A program made the translations under genes and the position numbers. A stretch of 64,000 nucleotides of DNA from an uncultured virus (IMG/VR IMGVR_UViG_3300036715_000865) (Duplodnaviria; Heunggongvirae; Uroviricota; Caudoviricetes). Position 1 is the first letter of the stretch; each line of letters begins with the position of its first letter. The stretch is taken from the IMG/VR virus record IMGVR_UViG_3300036715_000865; one strand, written 5' to 3'. Positions 18,507 to 28,959 of this stretch are shown piece by piece. A model generated the notes under the pieces. That model saw only the letters and a list, made by a program, of their open reading frames with translations, searched no databases and was not told the origin of the DNA.

Positions 18507-19426
18507 GAGAAGATGAAGAAATAGGTATAAAGGGATTGCCAAGTGGTAACCTTTCTGCAGGAGTAGGACACATAATAATTCCTAAAGGTGTTGATATTGA
18601 TTTATATAAAGAAGATGTTTATAGAAGTGGAAGGGTTTCTATGAATGGAGGATATGGGTATGGAGATTTTCATAACATATTAGTTGATAGAGAAGTTATT
18701 CAAAGAATCAAGTTTCCAGAAAGACCTGGACAACAAGGTTCACCTGTCGTTTGGGTTAATATACCGAAACATAATGAACCAGTAATTGTTGGGTGTTTAA
18801 AATTTGAAGATGAATATCATTCTATAAGCGAACAAAGAGTTAGATTCACAAGAGGAGTAAACGGAAATGTTGTTGATTTAGATTTAGATGGCAAGAAAGG
18901 CAAAATAACAATTTCTGTAAATGCACTAGAAGTAGATAAAAATGGCGAGATAGAAATCATATTGAATTCAAGGAATAATGATTCTAAATTCAAACTGAAA
19001 GTAAATGGAGAAATTCTTATTAATGCTACTGGACGCATAGTTCAAATATCTGATAAAACAATCGAAACTGCTGTTTGTAAAACTGACGGTACTGTAACTG
19101 CCAGAGTAGTGATGAATGGAAGTAGTGATGAAACAATAGACAGATTACTTTACGAAGACCAATTTAATAATAAGGTAATAATAAACAAAGAATTCATACA
19201 AGTCAAAGCAGATGATTCTAGCGTTATTAAATTTGGAGAAGGCAAAGAGCCTTTAGTTAAGGGTTCAACATTGAAAGGTCATCTTGATTCCATAATAGAT
19301 GCCTTAGGTAAATTAACTGTACCTACTGCTTTTGGTCCAAGTGGAACTCCTATAAATATAGCTGAATTCGAAGCTGTGAGAGGAAAGTTCGATGACTTTT
19401 TGTCAAAATTAACAAATACGGATTAA
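18500..19426 (+). CDS. baseplate spike / gpV-like assembly protein
   Basis: N-terminal OB-like P..GSPVVWV..PVIVG, beta-rich middle, C-terminal EPLVKG...PTAFGPSGTPIN tip motif. Confidence 0.6.
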   Translation: MLGEDEEIGIKGLPSGNLSAGVGHIIIPKGVDIDLYKEDVYRSGRVSMNGGYGYGDFHNILVDREVIQRIKFPERPGQQGSPVVWVNIPKHNEPVIVGCLKFEDEYHSISEQRVRFTRGVNGNVVDLDLDGKKGKITISVNALEVDKNGEIEIILNSRNNDSKFKLKVNGEILINATGRIVQISDKTIETAVCKTDGTVTARVVMNGSSDETIDRLLYEDQFNNKVIINKEFIQVKADDSSVIKFGEGKEPLVKGSTLKGHLDSIIDALGKLTVPTAFGPSGTPINIAEFEAVRGKFDDFLSKLTNTD

Positions 19427-19427
19427 A

Positions 19428-19886
19428 ATGCCATTAATAAAAGAGAATTTAAAATTACAAATAACGAAGATTATAGATTCTAGCAGTCCTATACATGAAG
19501 GGTTTCCAGAAAACTCTTCTGAGGCATCACTTAGATGGGCTGACGCTATAAACCAATATGCTTCTTCTTTAATACCATTATCTACTACATCTTCAGCAGC
19601 CAAAACATCTTTACAAGCACATTTAAATACAGTTCCAGCCTTGGGCGAACAAGGTTTTGTAAATGGCTTAATATCTTATGCGTCTGTTATTGCAACAGGA
19701 ATGAATCCGACTTTTACAGGAGTTGTTCCTCCAATTCCAATAGTCCTAACTCCAGCCTTCATGATAGGATTAAGTGGTGGTTCTAGTGAGGATGTAGCTA
19801 GTAAATTATCAGATATAATAGATGTATGGTTCAGGACAGGTACAGCTATTAATAATTCGTCTGGTGTAGTAACTAATTGGAACTAA
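19428..19886 (+). CDS. hypothetical baseplate-region protein
   Basis: 152-aa ORF in the baseplate operon. Confidence 0.6.
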   Translation: MPLIKENLKLQITKIIDSSSPIHEGFPENSSEASLRWADAINQYASSLIPLSTTSSAAKTSLQAHLNTVPALGEQGFVNGLISYASVIATGMNPTFTGVVPPIPIVLTPAFMIGLSGGSSEDVASKLSDIIDVWFRTGTAINNSSGVVTNWN

Positions 19887-19887
19887 A

Positions 19888-20628
19888 ATGTCTGTAGAAT
19901 CTGTAAGAAGGAAAGTAACTGAACTTGCCGTAACTGAGGGAAGGGTAGCACTACATGCAAAAAATCCTAATGATTTTGAATATTATGCTCTTTCTTTAGA
20001 ATTAGTAGATAGCCAATTCAATACGTTGAAGATAATGCATTTTCCAGTTATGCCTACTGCAATATCTATAAATAGACAGTCACCGTTGAATATTAAGAAA
20101 ACAGGGCATGCATACTTTACTCAGTATACAGATGCATTTCAAGCATATGGAATGTCAATTCAAGGAACTTTTGGTAGAAAATTCAGATTATTGATAAATA
20201 AGGATGAAGATGATAAAAAACTGAAAGATTATGATTTAAATGTAAAGACTGGGTATGGAGTGACAAAGTTGTTGGAAGATATGATATTACAAAGTCAAGA
20301 AACTGCGGAATCAAACGTTAAAGGTTCTACTAATCATAAATTCTTGATTTTATATAATCTAACCTTCAATCAACAGTTCATTATAGAAGTTATGAATTTT
20401 CAGTTCACTCAGAGCATGGAGAATAACACTATGTGGAATTACAATCTTGATATTCGTGCTCTTGGTGATGTTAGACAATTAATAGGATTTGATAGTGATA
20501 AGGCTTTGAAGAACATTCTCACTAATGCTAAGCTGAACAAGCAAGCAAATACCGTATTCAATAATCTAACAGCTGGTGGCGTCTTTAAGACTAAAGCACA
20601 ATTAGTTAATGATTTAATATCTTTCTAA
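19888..20628 (+). CDS. baseplate protein (tube-initiator-like)
   Basis: FPVMP..I, IQGTFG and WNYNL motifs; synteny with SPO1-like baseplate genes. Confidence 0.55.
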   Translation: MSVESVRRKVTELAVTEGRVALHAKNPNDFEYYALSLELVDSQFNTLKIMHFPVMPTAISINRQSPLNIKKTGHAYFTQYTDAFQAYGMSIQGTFGRKFRLLINKDEDDKKLKDYDLNVKTGYGVTKLLEDMILQSQETAESNVKGSTNHKFLILYNLTFNQQFIIEVMNFQFTQSMENNTMWNYNLDIRALGDVRQLIGFDSDKALKNILTNAKLNKQANTVFNNLTAGGVFKTKAQLVNDLISF

Positions 20629-21561
20629 ATGGCTGATGTAAAAACAATAGAAAAATTCAATAAATTAAGTGGTTATGATATAACTAACTTTTTTTACGCT
20701 ACAAAGAGATTCTTTGAAGTAGGTTATCCTAAAATAGAAAAATTTTATAATGGAGATTTAAAATTCATTGATAAGAAATATTTTGTTGGATTAGATAATT
20801 TAGAACGTGAATCAATCAGATTGACTTCTATTTTTAAGGAGAAAAAACATTTGATGGTTACAGCAGATTTTTGGGACTTACTTGATATGGCTGAAGTGTT
20901 AAAGACGTCATTACAAAGAACACAAAAACTTTCTAAATATTTGAGGTCAAGTATAGTCAAAGGAAAAACAAGTAGAGGTTTTGTATTTCAATATCAAATG
21001 TCTGCTAATGAGACATTAGAGGATGTAGCAAGAAATGTTATGAGAGATGTGAATTATCAAAATTCATCTCAACAGATAGCATTAGACAACGATTTAAGAG
21101 AGGTGGATTGGGATATAGATGGCGGAACTGACTTAGAACTTAGGAATGACTCATTTCAGAATAACTTGGTAACATCTATGATTGATAACACAATCGGTGA
21201 AAAAATTTACGGCAAAGATTTGAATAAATTATTAACTTTTGATTCAGTTGAAGAAGATTTAGTTGTTTTAGATTACAAAGATACTGTTTATCAATCTGTA
21301 GACATATTATCGCAATTAGAAAAGGGTGATATTCCAGAATTTCCTAGTCTAGGATTAAATGGCTCAATATACAAAGGTTCAAATTATTCTCAATTGAATT
21401 ATCCTTCAATTGTAAGAGAAATTACAAAATCATTCAGCTCAGACGATTTATTTAAGGATTTTAGGGTGAGAGGTTTATCTAATGATAATGGAGATTTATT
21501 TGTAGATTTTGAAGTCAATACTAAATTCAACTTATTGATTATAAAAACAGCAGTTATATGA
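20629..21561 (+). CDS. baseplate wedge protein (LysM-like plus gp25-like)
   Basis: ETLEDVA...IALDNDL LysM-like segment and KGDIPEFPSLG gp25-like segment; precedes baseplate J. Confidence 0.6.
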   Translation: MADVKTIEKFNKLSGYDITNFFYATKRFFEVGYPKIEKFYNGDLKFIDKKYFVGLDNLERESIRLTSIFKEKKHLMVTADFWDLLDMAEVLKTSLQRTQKLSKYLRSSIVKGKTSRGFVFQYQMSANETLEDVARNVMRDVNYQNSSQQIALDNDLREVDWDIDGGTDLELRNDSFQNNLVTSMIDNTIGEKIYGKDLNKLLTFDSVEEDLVVLDYKDTVYQSVDILSQLEKGDIPEFPSLGLNGSIYKGSNYSQLNYPSIVREITKSFSSDDLFKDFRVRGLSNDNGDLFVDFEVNTKFNLLIIKTAVI

Positions 21562-22754
21562 TAACTAAAATAACGACAGTAGAAGAATTGAAGCAAATTT
21601 TTTCGGAAACTTTGCTCAACCAAACCGACAAGATAACTAAGGTGTCGCCAGGTTCGGTTGTTAATGGAATCGCATATGGCGTTGCTAAACTAGCACAAAA
21701 AACTCTAAAGGATGTAGCAGTAATAGAAGCACATTTGTTTCCTGATAGTGCAGTAGGTCAATATCTGGACACCTTAGCAGAATTGAAAGGTGTTGCTCCA
21801 AGACAAGGTGCACTAAAAAGCAGTGGCTTTGTAAGAGTTGTAGGAGCAATAGGAACAGTTTATTTGCCTGGAACTCACTACTTTTCAGGAAGTGGACAAA
21901 AATTCGATGTTGTAGAATCAACTACGATACCATCAGAAGGTTATACATATGTTAAGGTTTCTAGTCAAAATACTGGGATAAGCACTAATGTGGATGCTTT
22001 AACCGTAAATTCTGTGACTCCTGTTCCTTCAGGTCATGAATATGTCATAAATGAATTTTCTATGACTGGCGGTCGAAATTTCGAGGATGATGATTTATTC
22101 AGAATGAGGATAAAAGATGAGATTAATGTTCTAGCAAGAACAACAATATCTTATCTTGAACAAGTCTTTAGAAAATACAATAGCAATGTGCTTAGAGTTT
22201 TTAATCAAGGACTAGATAATGTTGGAGATTTATGTATTGGTATAGCATCTGTAAATGGAGTAGATTTCACTGTTTCAGAATTAGCTAACATATTAGTTAA
22301 AGCAGAACAGTATTTGAGCCTTTGCGAATTAAAGCCAGATGGATTACAAAACTATGGTATAAAATTAAAAAACACGCCTTATTTTGCTATTGATATAAGT
22401 TGTAGAGTAGATATTGATAATTCTTATTCTATCGATGAAGTCAGAAAACAATGTCAGATAGCATTAAGTAAGGTAGTGGATTGGAGATTCTGGAAGCAGG
22501 ATGAAGTGATTGAATGGATTGATTTAATTAATGCAGTTAAGTCAGTTCCAGGTGTGAACTTAGTTTTAGATAATTACTTTTATCCTAATACAAATTTCAC
22601 AATACCGAGAGGTTATTTGCCTAGATTTAGAGGTTTCTTAATGATGAACATCAATGGGAATATATTGGAAAACGTCTCTGGTACTATGAATCCAGTATAT
22701 TATCCAGCTGAGTCTGACTTCGCATTCCAGATTACAGTTTTAAAGTCATTGTAA
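21558..22754 (+). CDS. baseplate J-like wedge protein
   Basis: DSAVGQYLD.LA...GV..R and TGGRNFEDDDLFRMRI baseplate-J motifs. Confidence 0.88.
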   Translation: MITKITTVEELKQIFSETLLNQTDKITKVSPGSVVNGIAYGVAKLAQKTLKDVAVIEAHLFPDSAVGQYLDTLAELKGVAPRQGALKSSGFVRVVGAIGTVYLPGTHYFSGSGQKFDVVESTTIPSEGYTYVKVSSQNTGISTNVDALTVNSVTPVPSGHEYVINEFSMTGGRNFEDDDLFRMRIKDEINVLARTTISYLEQVFRKYNSNVLRVFNQGLDNVGDLCIGIASVNGVDFTVSELANILVKAEQYLSLCELKPDGLQNYGIKLKNTPYFAIDISCRVDIDNSYSIDEVRKQCQIALSKVVDWRFWKQDEVIEWIDLINAVKSVPGVNLVLDNYFYPNTNFTIPRGYLPRFRGFLMMNINGNILENVSGTMNPVYYPAESDFAFQITVLKSL

Positions 22755-22755
22755 T

Positions 22756-23100
22756 ATGGAAAAGACGATAAATACAAGAAGTAAAAGTCAAGTTGATAAT
22801 CTTACCAGTTTATCAAGCAATACTGGTTCCTTCAATATGTCCGTAAACTTTGATGACAAGGTTGTTAATGTTGAATCTGAATTAGTCACATTCCCTGACT
22901 CACCAGCTCAAGAAATTGAACTATTGGAAAGAAGGAAACTGAAGAACGGCACTGAAGGTATCGAGAATGAACTTCTTGTAAATCAAGATTTAGGAATAAT
23001 ATTAGAAGTCGATGTCACAGGAGAACTTATTATAAGCGATGAAGAAGCAGAAAAGTTTTTCATAGATGATATTGCTCAATTAAATTTTAATTACGAGTAA
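22756..23100 (+). CDS. hypothetical structural-region protein
   Basis: 114-aa ORF tightly packed in the operon. Confidence 0.6.
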   Translation: MEKTINTRSKSQVDNLTSLSSNTGSFNMSVNFDDKVVNVESELVTFPDSPAQEIELLERRKLKNGTEGIENELLVNQDLGIILEVDVTGELIISDEEAEKFFIDDIAQLNFNYE

Positions 23101-24827
23101 TGGCAGTTGTAGGAAATACAGTATCAGAAATAGGAGATGTTTTATACATATATTCTCAAGGCGCAGTAGCAGGTGATGTAACTCTGACTAGTTTTACAGA
23201 TATTGTTTTGGGAGAAACACCTAATAGATATTTTCAAAAGAGTTTTAAGTATTCCACAGATGGTGTGAATTATAGTCCTTGGATGGTTCTTGATAATACC
23301 AACCTAGCCAATGTTACTGGAAATATTCCTGGTTTGATATTCTTTGAATTTAAGTATCAAAGACTTGGGACTGATGGCACAGGCATTCTGGAATTTCAAG
23401 GAATACAACTTATAGGCAATATCATAATACAAATATGCAGCAGCACAGTAAGTCTTGAAAGCATATTCGATGATTTAATCTGCAATGACGCTCTGACTTC
23501 TCAGACTGCAAATAACCTATTGAAGAAAATATATAAATCAGGTATCCTGCCTGAATTCATGGAAAGGGGTGAGGGAGTAGATGATACTGATTTTGTTTCC
23601 TTATGGAATGCTGTATGTTTCTTTTTGGCTTACATTTCTGCATTCATGCATGAATTTGACACTATATTATATAAGAGAGAGTATCTGATAGAATACTTGA
23701 AACAAAGAAATATTGCGTTTTGTGAACAACAAATTCCTTTTATGGATTTGCAATTTCTTTCCAATAATTTCTATGACGAAATTAGAAAGCGTGGAACTCA
23801 ATTAATCTACAAAGAAAAGAATTCCAAATTTTTAGATGGCTCTGTTAATCCTATCAGGGGTGAATGGCTTAGACTAATATGCAAAAACCATTATGATGAA
23901 TTCCTAGTTGATGTAGTTGAGAAACACAAACACGGGTGGTGTATTGGTCAATCTTCTCCAATATATAATGGGACATACTTTTCTAAGCAGATAAATAAAA
24001 CAGAAGAGAATACAGAAGATTTTCAAGACCTATCTAAGTACGATTTGATAAATTCTGACAATGTGTTCATAACCAATGAGGGAACTAAATTTGTTGCAGG
24101 AATGATTGGAGGAGCAGGACTACAAGGATTTGGATTCGATTTGGATAATCCAGAAACTATTACATTGCCAGAACAGCTTATAATTGTTGATAAAGAAGTA
24201 GATTATGAAATAACATTCCTTATTAAGCGCAATATAGGAACATCAGGAACAATAAGATTTGGAGTTACAGGATACAACCGAAATAATATTTATAAGCCGT
24301 TATCATTTCAAAGAATAGATAATTTCTTGGTTGAAAATACGTTCTTATTAGATTCAACTCAATCTATAACTAAATTAGAAAATGAATGGTATTTTGTTAG
24401 AGGAATAATTTATGCCGCTCATAGCCAGAGTATAATAGGTCAGCAAAGCAAGTTAAACGTTAATCAAGGAGTAAACTTGAGATTCAATGCTAACGAAGAT
24501 GTAGAAAAAATAAAGATTTCTCTTTATCTTGACTCTGTGAATGACAATGACGTCTACAAGATTCACGATTTTAAGATGAGACCTTTAGTTAGAGGCAAAA
24601 ACTCAAGACCTTTGACTACTGGATTAGAGCCTAGTATAAGGAATCCTCAATTTTTACAAGGAAGTGGTTTTGTTTTGAATTGGTTCAGAAATAACTCTAA
24701 TGGAATGGCTGATTGGGAGATTCAAAATTTCATAGAAGATTTCCTTTTACCATATCAAGACAGGTTGACACAGTACAGTTTGACACCTAAAATTAATGAT
24801 AGGCAGGTATTACTAGATATAAATTAA
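23100..24827 (+). CDS. baseplate / tail fibre-associated structural protein
   Basis: YSTDGVNYSPW motif, gp7-like IRKRGT segment and a CBM-like beta sandwich; follows baseplate J. Confidence 0.55.
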   Translation: MAVVGNTVSEIGDVLYIYSQGAVAGDVTLTSFTDIVLGETPNRYFQKSFKYSTDGVNYSPWMVLDNTNLANVTGNIPGLIFFEFKYQRLGTDGTGILEFQGIQLIGNIIIQICSSTVSLESIFDDLICNDALTSQTANNLLKKIYKSGILPEFMERGEGVDDTDFVSLWNAVCFFLAYISAFMHEFDTILYKREYLIEYLKQRNIAFCEQQIPFMDLQFLSNNFYDEIRKRGTQLIYKEKNSKFLDGSVNPIRGEWLRLICKNHYDEFLVDVVEKHKHGWCIGQSSPIYNGTYFSKQINKTEENTEDFQDLSKYDLINSDNVFITNEGTKFVAGMIGGAGLQGFGFDLDNPETITLPEQLIIVDKEVDYEITFLIKRNIGTSGTIRFGVTGYNRNNIYKPLSFQRIDNFLVENTFLLDSTQSITKLENEWYFVRGIIYAAHSQSIIGQQSKLNVNQGVNLRFNANEDVEKIKISLYLDSVNDNDVYKIHDFKMRPLVRGKNSRPLTTGLEPSIRNPQFLQGSGFVLNWFRNNSNGMADWEIQNFIEDFLLPYQDRLTQYSLTPKINDRQVLLDIN

Positions 24828-24838
24828 GATTAATAATC

Positions 24839-27319
24839 ATGAGTAATGTAAAGGTAAATTCAAATTTGTTCTTAGAAGTTGCTGAGTTAAACAGACTAAA
24901 GCAAACTCTTGGCGATTGGGGATATAAGAGACAAAGATTGGCTAATACCAGAGAATTTGGATTAGTGAAAGATTGCACATTTCCAGACTTAGGTGTTATA
25001 AATAAGGAAGACTGTTTTTATGTAGAAAAGGCTGGAACACCTACAGATGAAGTTAAAGTCTATCCAGGACTAGCAATAGATTTGAACGCTAATTTCATAA
25101 TCAATAAAGACTTTCAAAATTTACAAATTCCTAATGACGGAAATTGGTATTGGGTTAAAATTAAACATGAGTTTTCTAATGAAGAAACAGGAACTGTTTC
25201 GATAGATACTTTTGGGAATCTAAATGGAGTAGGTACAGAATTTGAGAATATACTCAGAGGACAGCCTAATTTTCCTAGTAAAATTAGATTTTTGAATTCT
25301 ACTTCTGGAAATGGTAACGACTATGAAGTTGTACGAGTGTTAGGTCAGACACAAGCAATTATACAAGGGGATTTTATAAGTGAGTCTAACTTAAAATATT
25401 CTATTGTAGGAACTTTTACACCAGGTTATGTAACCCCACCTGCAGACCAATTGATATTTGAATATGACTCTGTGGATGTAACACTTGTTTTAGAAACAAC
25501 TTTAAATACAAGACCTTTTGCCGTAGCTGACGAGGAGTTTTATATAGCAAGAGTTAGGAATACTGGTATCACTATTCAATTAGAGGACAAACGAGAAGAT
25601 TGGTGGAGAACACAAGCAGAAAATTTAGTTACATATTTAGATAGAAGCACTCATGTAAATCCTTTAATTGGAGTAGAATCAGTTAAATACACTCACCCTA
25701 ATTCAACTAGAGAATCTAATGAAGTTAATATTGCTTGGGGATTTAGATTTGCTAGTTACACTATTGACACATCTTCTAAGAAAATATCTATATTAATAGG
25801 TCAAGGAGGAGTTTATAAAGATACTTCGTTTTTCAGTTCTGGAGATTTTACAGGTTGGAGATTGTATTCTAAGAATGGTAATTTTCAAAACATAATTGAT
25901 TCACAACAATCTGGAACTCAAATTGTAGTTACATTAGATGTATTAAATCTGGATGAGTACGGATTAGCAGACGATTTATTTATAGCACCACCATTTGAAG
26001 AGATAGAACTTAGATTCAAAAGAGATGGAGCGTTAATTGATTTGACTGACGTGGACGGAAATGCCAATTTCAGTGAAGTTTTCCCTTATCCTATATTAGA
26101 AAAGAAATTTGAATTCAATATAAATACTCAAGTCGCTAAATGCAATATACAAACATTAGATGGATGTTATAAATATAATGTAGTATTTAGGTATAAGACC
26201 TTTTCAGGATATACAGATTGGCTGGTGTTCCCAAGTGACTCAGTAGGTTATTTCGATGAAACTTCATTTGACAAATATGGAAATATAAATTCCAATCCGA
26301 TTGACCGAGTTCAATTTCCATATTCTGGACATGCTGACTTTGGTTTTATAAAAATTTGTGAAGCACCTGATTCTTTTCAAAACTTCCAAGAGCAAGTTCA
26401 GACAGGAGACTTAATTGGAGTGAACACTACTGCACTAGACAACTCAATTCCTGTTGTTGATTTAGAAGTTGGTGTTAGTAAACAATATCAACATTATAAG
26501 GGTTCTCTGGTTCTTTCTGCTGATTTGTTCATACATTTAAAGAGAACAGATGTAAATGGAGATTACTTTAGAGAAGGCAATTATTTCTTATTGCATCTTG
26601 AACAATGGGTTGGTTTAGATACATTTCGTTTGAGAATTGTGGAAGATTATGTCAATCCAACGAGTTTCACTTTATTATCTGAACTTACTTCAAATGAGAC
26701 ATCGTATGTAAGAAATCAAACCATTGATGATGCAACTCAATCACAAAAGAGAGGTTTAATGATAAGATGTACATTTAATGAATTAAATCATTGGATTGTA
26801 CAATTTGAATCTGAGGTAGCACCTAAAGGAACAATAAGAATGATACACGGAATGGCTAACTCATATTTCGATGGATTAGGTTCTGGGATAAAGCAAGGTG
26901 TTTGGGGATGGCAAATTTGTAATGGACAGAACGGTTCTTTAGATATGATTAATTCGTTTCCAATGGGTGTATCTGTTCCGTCAGCTTCTGGTTCTTCAGG
27001 AGGTCAGAATTCATATTTATTGTCTGCTTCTAATATACCAGAACACAATCATACATTTTCAGGAACTTCTGGAGGTGGAGGGGCACACTCTCACACAGCA
27101 GAAGTAGCAAGAGGTTCTACTACTGATACTTCTGGATCAAAAGTAGGTATAAGTAATAATGCAAGTTTAGGGTATGTTTACTCAAACATATCTGCAGTCG
27201 GCAATCACACGCACACTTTCTCTGGAACTACTTCAAATGCTGGTGGTGTAGCAACACCTAATGCAATCGACAACAGACCAAGCTATAAAGGAATATTATA
27301 CATACAAAAAATGGTTTAA
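24839..27319 (+). CDS. tail fibre / receptor-binding protein with C-terminal collar domain
   Basis: FLEVAELNRL start. C-terminal PKGTI..GWQICNGQNG..GG collar and HNH/HSH/HTH metal-binding motifs ending DNRPSY..ILYIQK. Confidence 0.8.
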   Translation: MSNVKVNSNLFLEVAELNRLKQTLGDWGYKRQRLANTREFGLVKDCTFPDLGVINKEDCFYVEKAGTPTDEVKVYPGLAIDLNANFIINKDFQNLQIPNDGNWYWVKIKHEFSNEETGTVSIDTFGNLNGVGTEFENILRGQPNFPSKIRFLNSTSGNGNDYEVVRVLGQTQAIIQGDFISESNLKYSIVGTFTPGYVTPPADQLIFEYDSVDVTLVLETTLNTRPFAVADEEFYIARVRNTGITIQLEDKREDWWRTQAENLVTYLDRSTHVNPLIGVESVKYTHPNSTRESNEVNIAWGFRFASYTIDTSSKKISILIGQGGVYKDTSFFSSGDFTGWRLYSKNGNFQNIIDSQQSGTQIVVTLDVLNLDEYGLADDLFIAPPFEEIELRFKRDGALIDLTDVDGNANFSEVFPYPILEKKFEFNINTQVAKCNIQTLDGCYKYNVVFRYKTFSGYTDWLVFPSDSVGYFDETSFDKYGNINSNPIDRVQFPYSGHADFGFIKICEAPDSFQNFQEQVQTGDLIGVNTTALDNSIPVVDLEVGVSKQYQHYKGSLVLSADLFIHLKRTDVNGDYFREGNYFLLHLEQWVGLDTFRLRIVEDYVNPTSFTLLSELTSNETSYVRNQTIDDATQSQKRGLMIRCTFNELNHWIVQFESEVAPKGTIRMIHGMANSYFDGLGSGIKQGVWGWQICNGQNGSLDMINSFPMGVSVPSASGSSGGQNSYLLSASNIPEHNHTFSGTSGGGGAHSHTAEVARGSTTDTSGSKVGISNNASLGYVYSNISAVGNHTHTFSGTTSNAGGVATPNAIDNRPSYKGILYIQKMV

Positions 27320-27320
27320 G

Positions 27321-27803
27321 ATGATAATCAAAGTAACAAATAAAATAGAGTTCAAGGACTCAGCTTCAGGGATGAGAGCAGATGGCAACATAGGCTCATT
27401 TGATTGGACTTGTGTTGGAGATTCTGAGGAAGTGCAAGATAATTCAGATGAAGGCATAGCGACCAACGATTTCAAGTTGACAAATGCTAATAAGTTTGTT
27501 TATGAATTAAAGCCTGGCAATACTTTCGATGTCTTATTACAACAAGATGTGATAAGATGTGATTCAATAGATAACATAGCTAGTTTGCATGTTTTCTGTT
27601 ACGAATCAAATTCCGTGAATTCTTTCAGAACGCCAATAAGATTTGAGGTTTATTTAGAAGATGTTGAAATGTCTTTAGGTAAGATGTCTGAATTTTCTCT
27701 TGCTAATGTGAAGCAACTAGCGACTGATATAAGAATATCAAATATAACAGTTCCTGATGAATCAAAGGCTACATTAGTAATAATCATTGCTGTAAACGAC
27801 TAA
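27321..27803 (+). CDS. hypothetical structural-region protein
   Basis: Starts at ATG 27321, 1 nt after the fibre stop; beta-rich. Confidence 0.6.
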   Translation: MIIKVTNKIEFKDSASGMRADGNIGSFDWTCVGDSEEVQDNSDEGIATNDFKLTNANKFVYELKPGNTFDVLLQQDVIRCDSIDNIASLHVFCYESNSVNSFRTPIRFEVYLEDVEMSLGKMSEFSLANVKQLATDIRISNITVPDESKATLVIIIAVND

Positions 27804-27805
27804 AT

Positions 27806-28612
27806 ATGAAATTATTATTATCAGGTGCTAAATTCTTCATGTCAGAACAACGTTCTCCAATTAGCAGCACAGGAGGATTTATGTCATCTACGCCAGTTCC
27901 TAATTCTAGGATAAACATCCTATTCGGAGATGTTTCTATATATGGCAAGATGACAGGGTCAACCGAATGTATGGCTATATTTTTGTATAATGATTCTAAT
28001 GAAAGCATGAATAATGTCAAATTAGAGCAATTTATGCCTCACGATTCGGAATGTGATTTCTATTGGGGTGCTGTAACTCCAAGCAGTGGAGAAAGTATAC
28101 AAATAGAAAAAATCAATAGCAGAAAAGAAGAGCCTTTCAATGTAGAATGGTTTCAACCATCTACCATCAGAGAAAATTCTACTTGTAAAGTTAAATTTGC
28201 AGGGTTGGTAGGTGACGCTGTTAGTCTATTCGATGTAGAATTTGAACTCACAGGAGTTACGATAGAAAGCGTAGTTGATGATATAATAGAAAATTTCAAA
28301 AACAATGATAATTTTTTATGTGAGAAATTGTCAGAAAATTCGTTCTATATAGAAAGAAAAGATAATCAAGATACTAATGAGGCTGTAGAACTTATAACCC
28401 CAGGAACGGCAGAACTATTTGAGAATAATTTGTCAGGCTTTGAAGATGGAACAACTCTAATAATAGAAGAGTTGGAATCTAAGAAGGCAATTGCATTTTG
28501 GATAAAGAGAGTTGTTAAGAAAAATGATTCTTGTGAGGTTGAAGGTTGTAAAGACTTATCTTGTGTGCATAATACAAAAGAAATATTGGAGGTTACGTTT
28601 TCTTACGATTAA
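27806..28612 (+). CDS. hypothetical virion-associated protein
   Basis: SSTGGFMSSTPVPN...LFGDVS and FWIKR motifs; last gene of the structural operon. Confidence 0.55.
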   Translation: MKLLLSGAKFFMSEQRSPISSTGGFMSSTPVPNSRINILFGDVSIYGKMTGSTECMAIFLYNDSNESMNNVKLEQFMPHDSECDFYWGAVTPSSGESIQIEKINSRKEEPFNVEWFQPSTIRENSTCKVKFAGLVGDAVSLFDVEFELTGVTIESVVDDIIENFKNNDNFLCEKLSENSFYIERKDNQDTNEAVELITPGTAELFENNLSGFEDGTTLIIEELESKKAIAFWIKRVVKKNDSCEVEGCKDLSCVHNTKEILEVTFSYD

Positions 28613-28629
28613 GGCTTGCCATAGCAGCC

Positions 28630-28671
28630 TCCAGTTTTAAATGCCTTCAATCGAGGGCATTTTTAGTTGGA
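28630..28671 (+). terminator. terminator ending the structural operon
   Basis: AAATGCC/GGCATTT stem with T-run, extendable to TCCAG/TTGGA. Confidence 0.75.
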
Positions 28672-28684
28672 AACAGAATTTTAG

Positions 28685-28940
28685 TTGGTGAAACCAAATT
28701 GGAGAATCGTAATATGGACTACGGTTGTGACCGAGATTAAAAGTGGCTTAAAACCAATATTTTCTAAGTTAAAGTTTTCATTTATTAAAGTCGATACGCC
28801 AGAGTTATTTGGTATCGAGTTAAATGACGCATATTGTTTTTTGGGGTTTGTCAGTTGCGTCAACCTAATTATGATGAGTAGTAATATTTTCATAAAGGGG
28901 TAAGGGGTTTTGTCTTTGAGACCTTTTACTCTGAGTAGAA
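28685..28940 (+). ncRNA. candidate structured RNA / leader upstream of the replication operon
   Basis: Successive hairpins at 28791-28818, 28825-28862, 28869-28895 and 28897-28932, the last two rich in G-U pairs on the + strand. Confidence 0.4.
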
Positions 28941-28959
28941 ATTTATATAATGGAAAGAC

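Noticed and set aside
24839..27319. Diversity-generating retroelement targeting the tail fibre
   Set aside because: No reverse transcriptase and no template/variable repeat pair is visible in the window.
28681..28903. 70-72-aa ORFs on both strands in the large intergenic gap
   Set aside because: No motifs or convincing start context; the hairpin series explains the region better.
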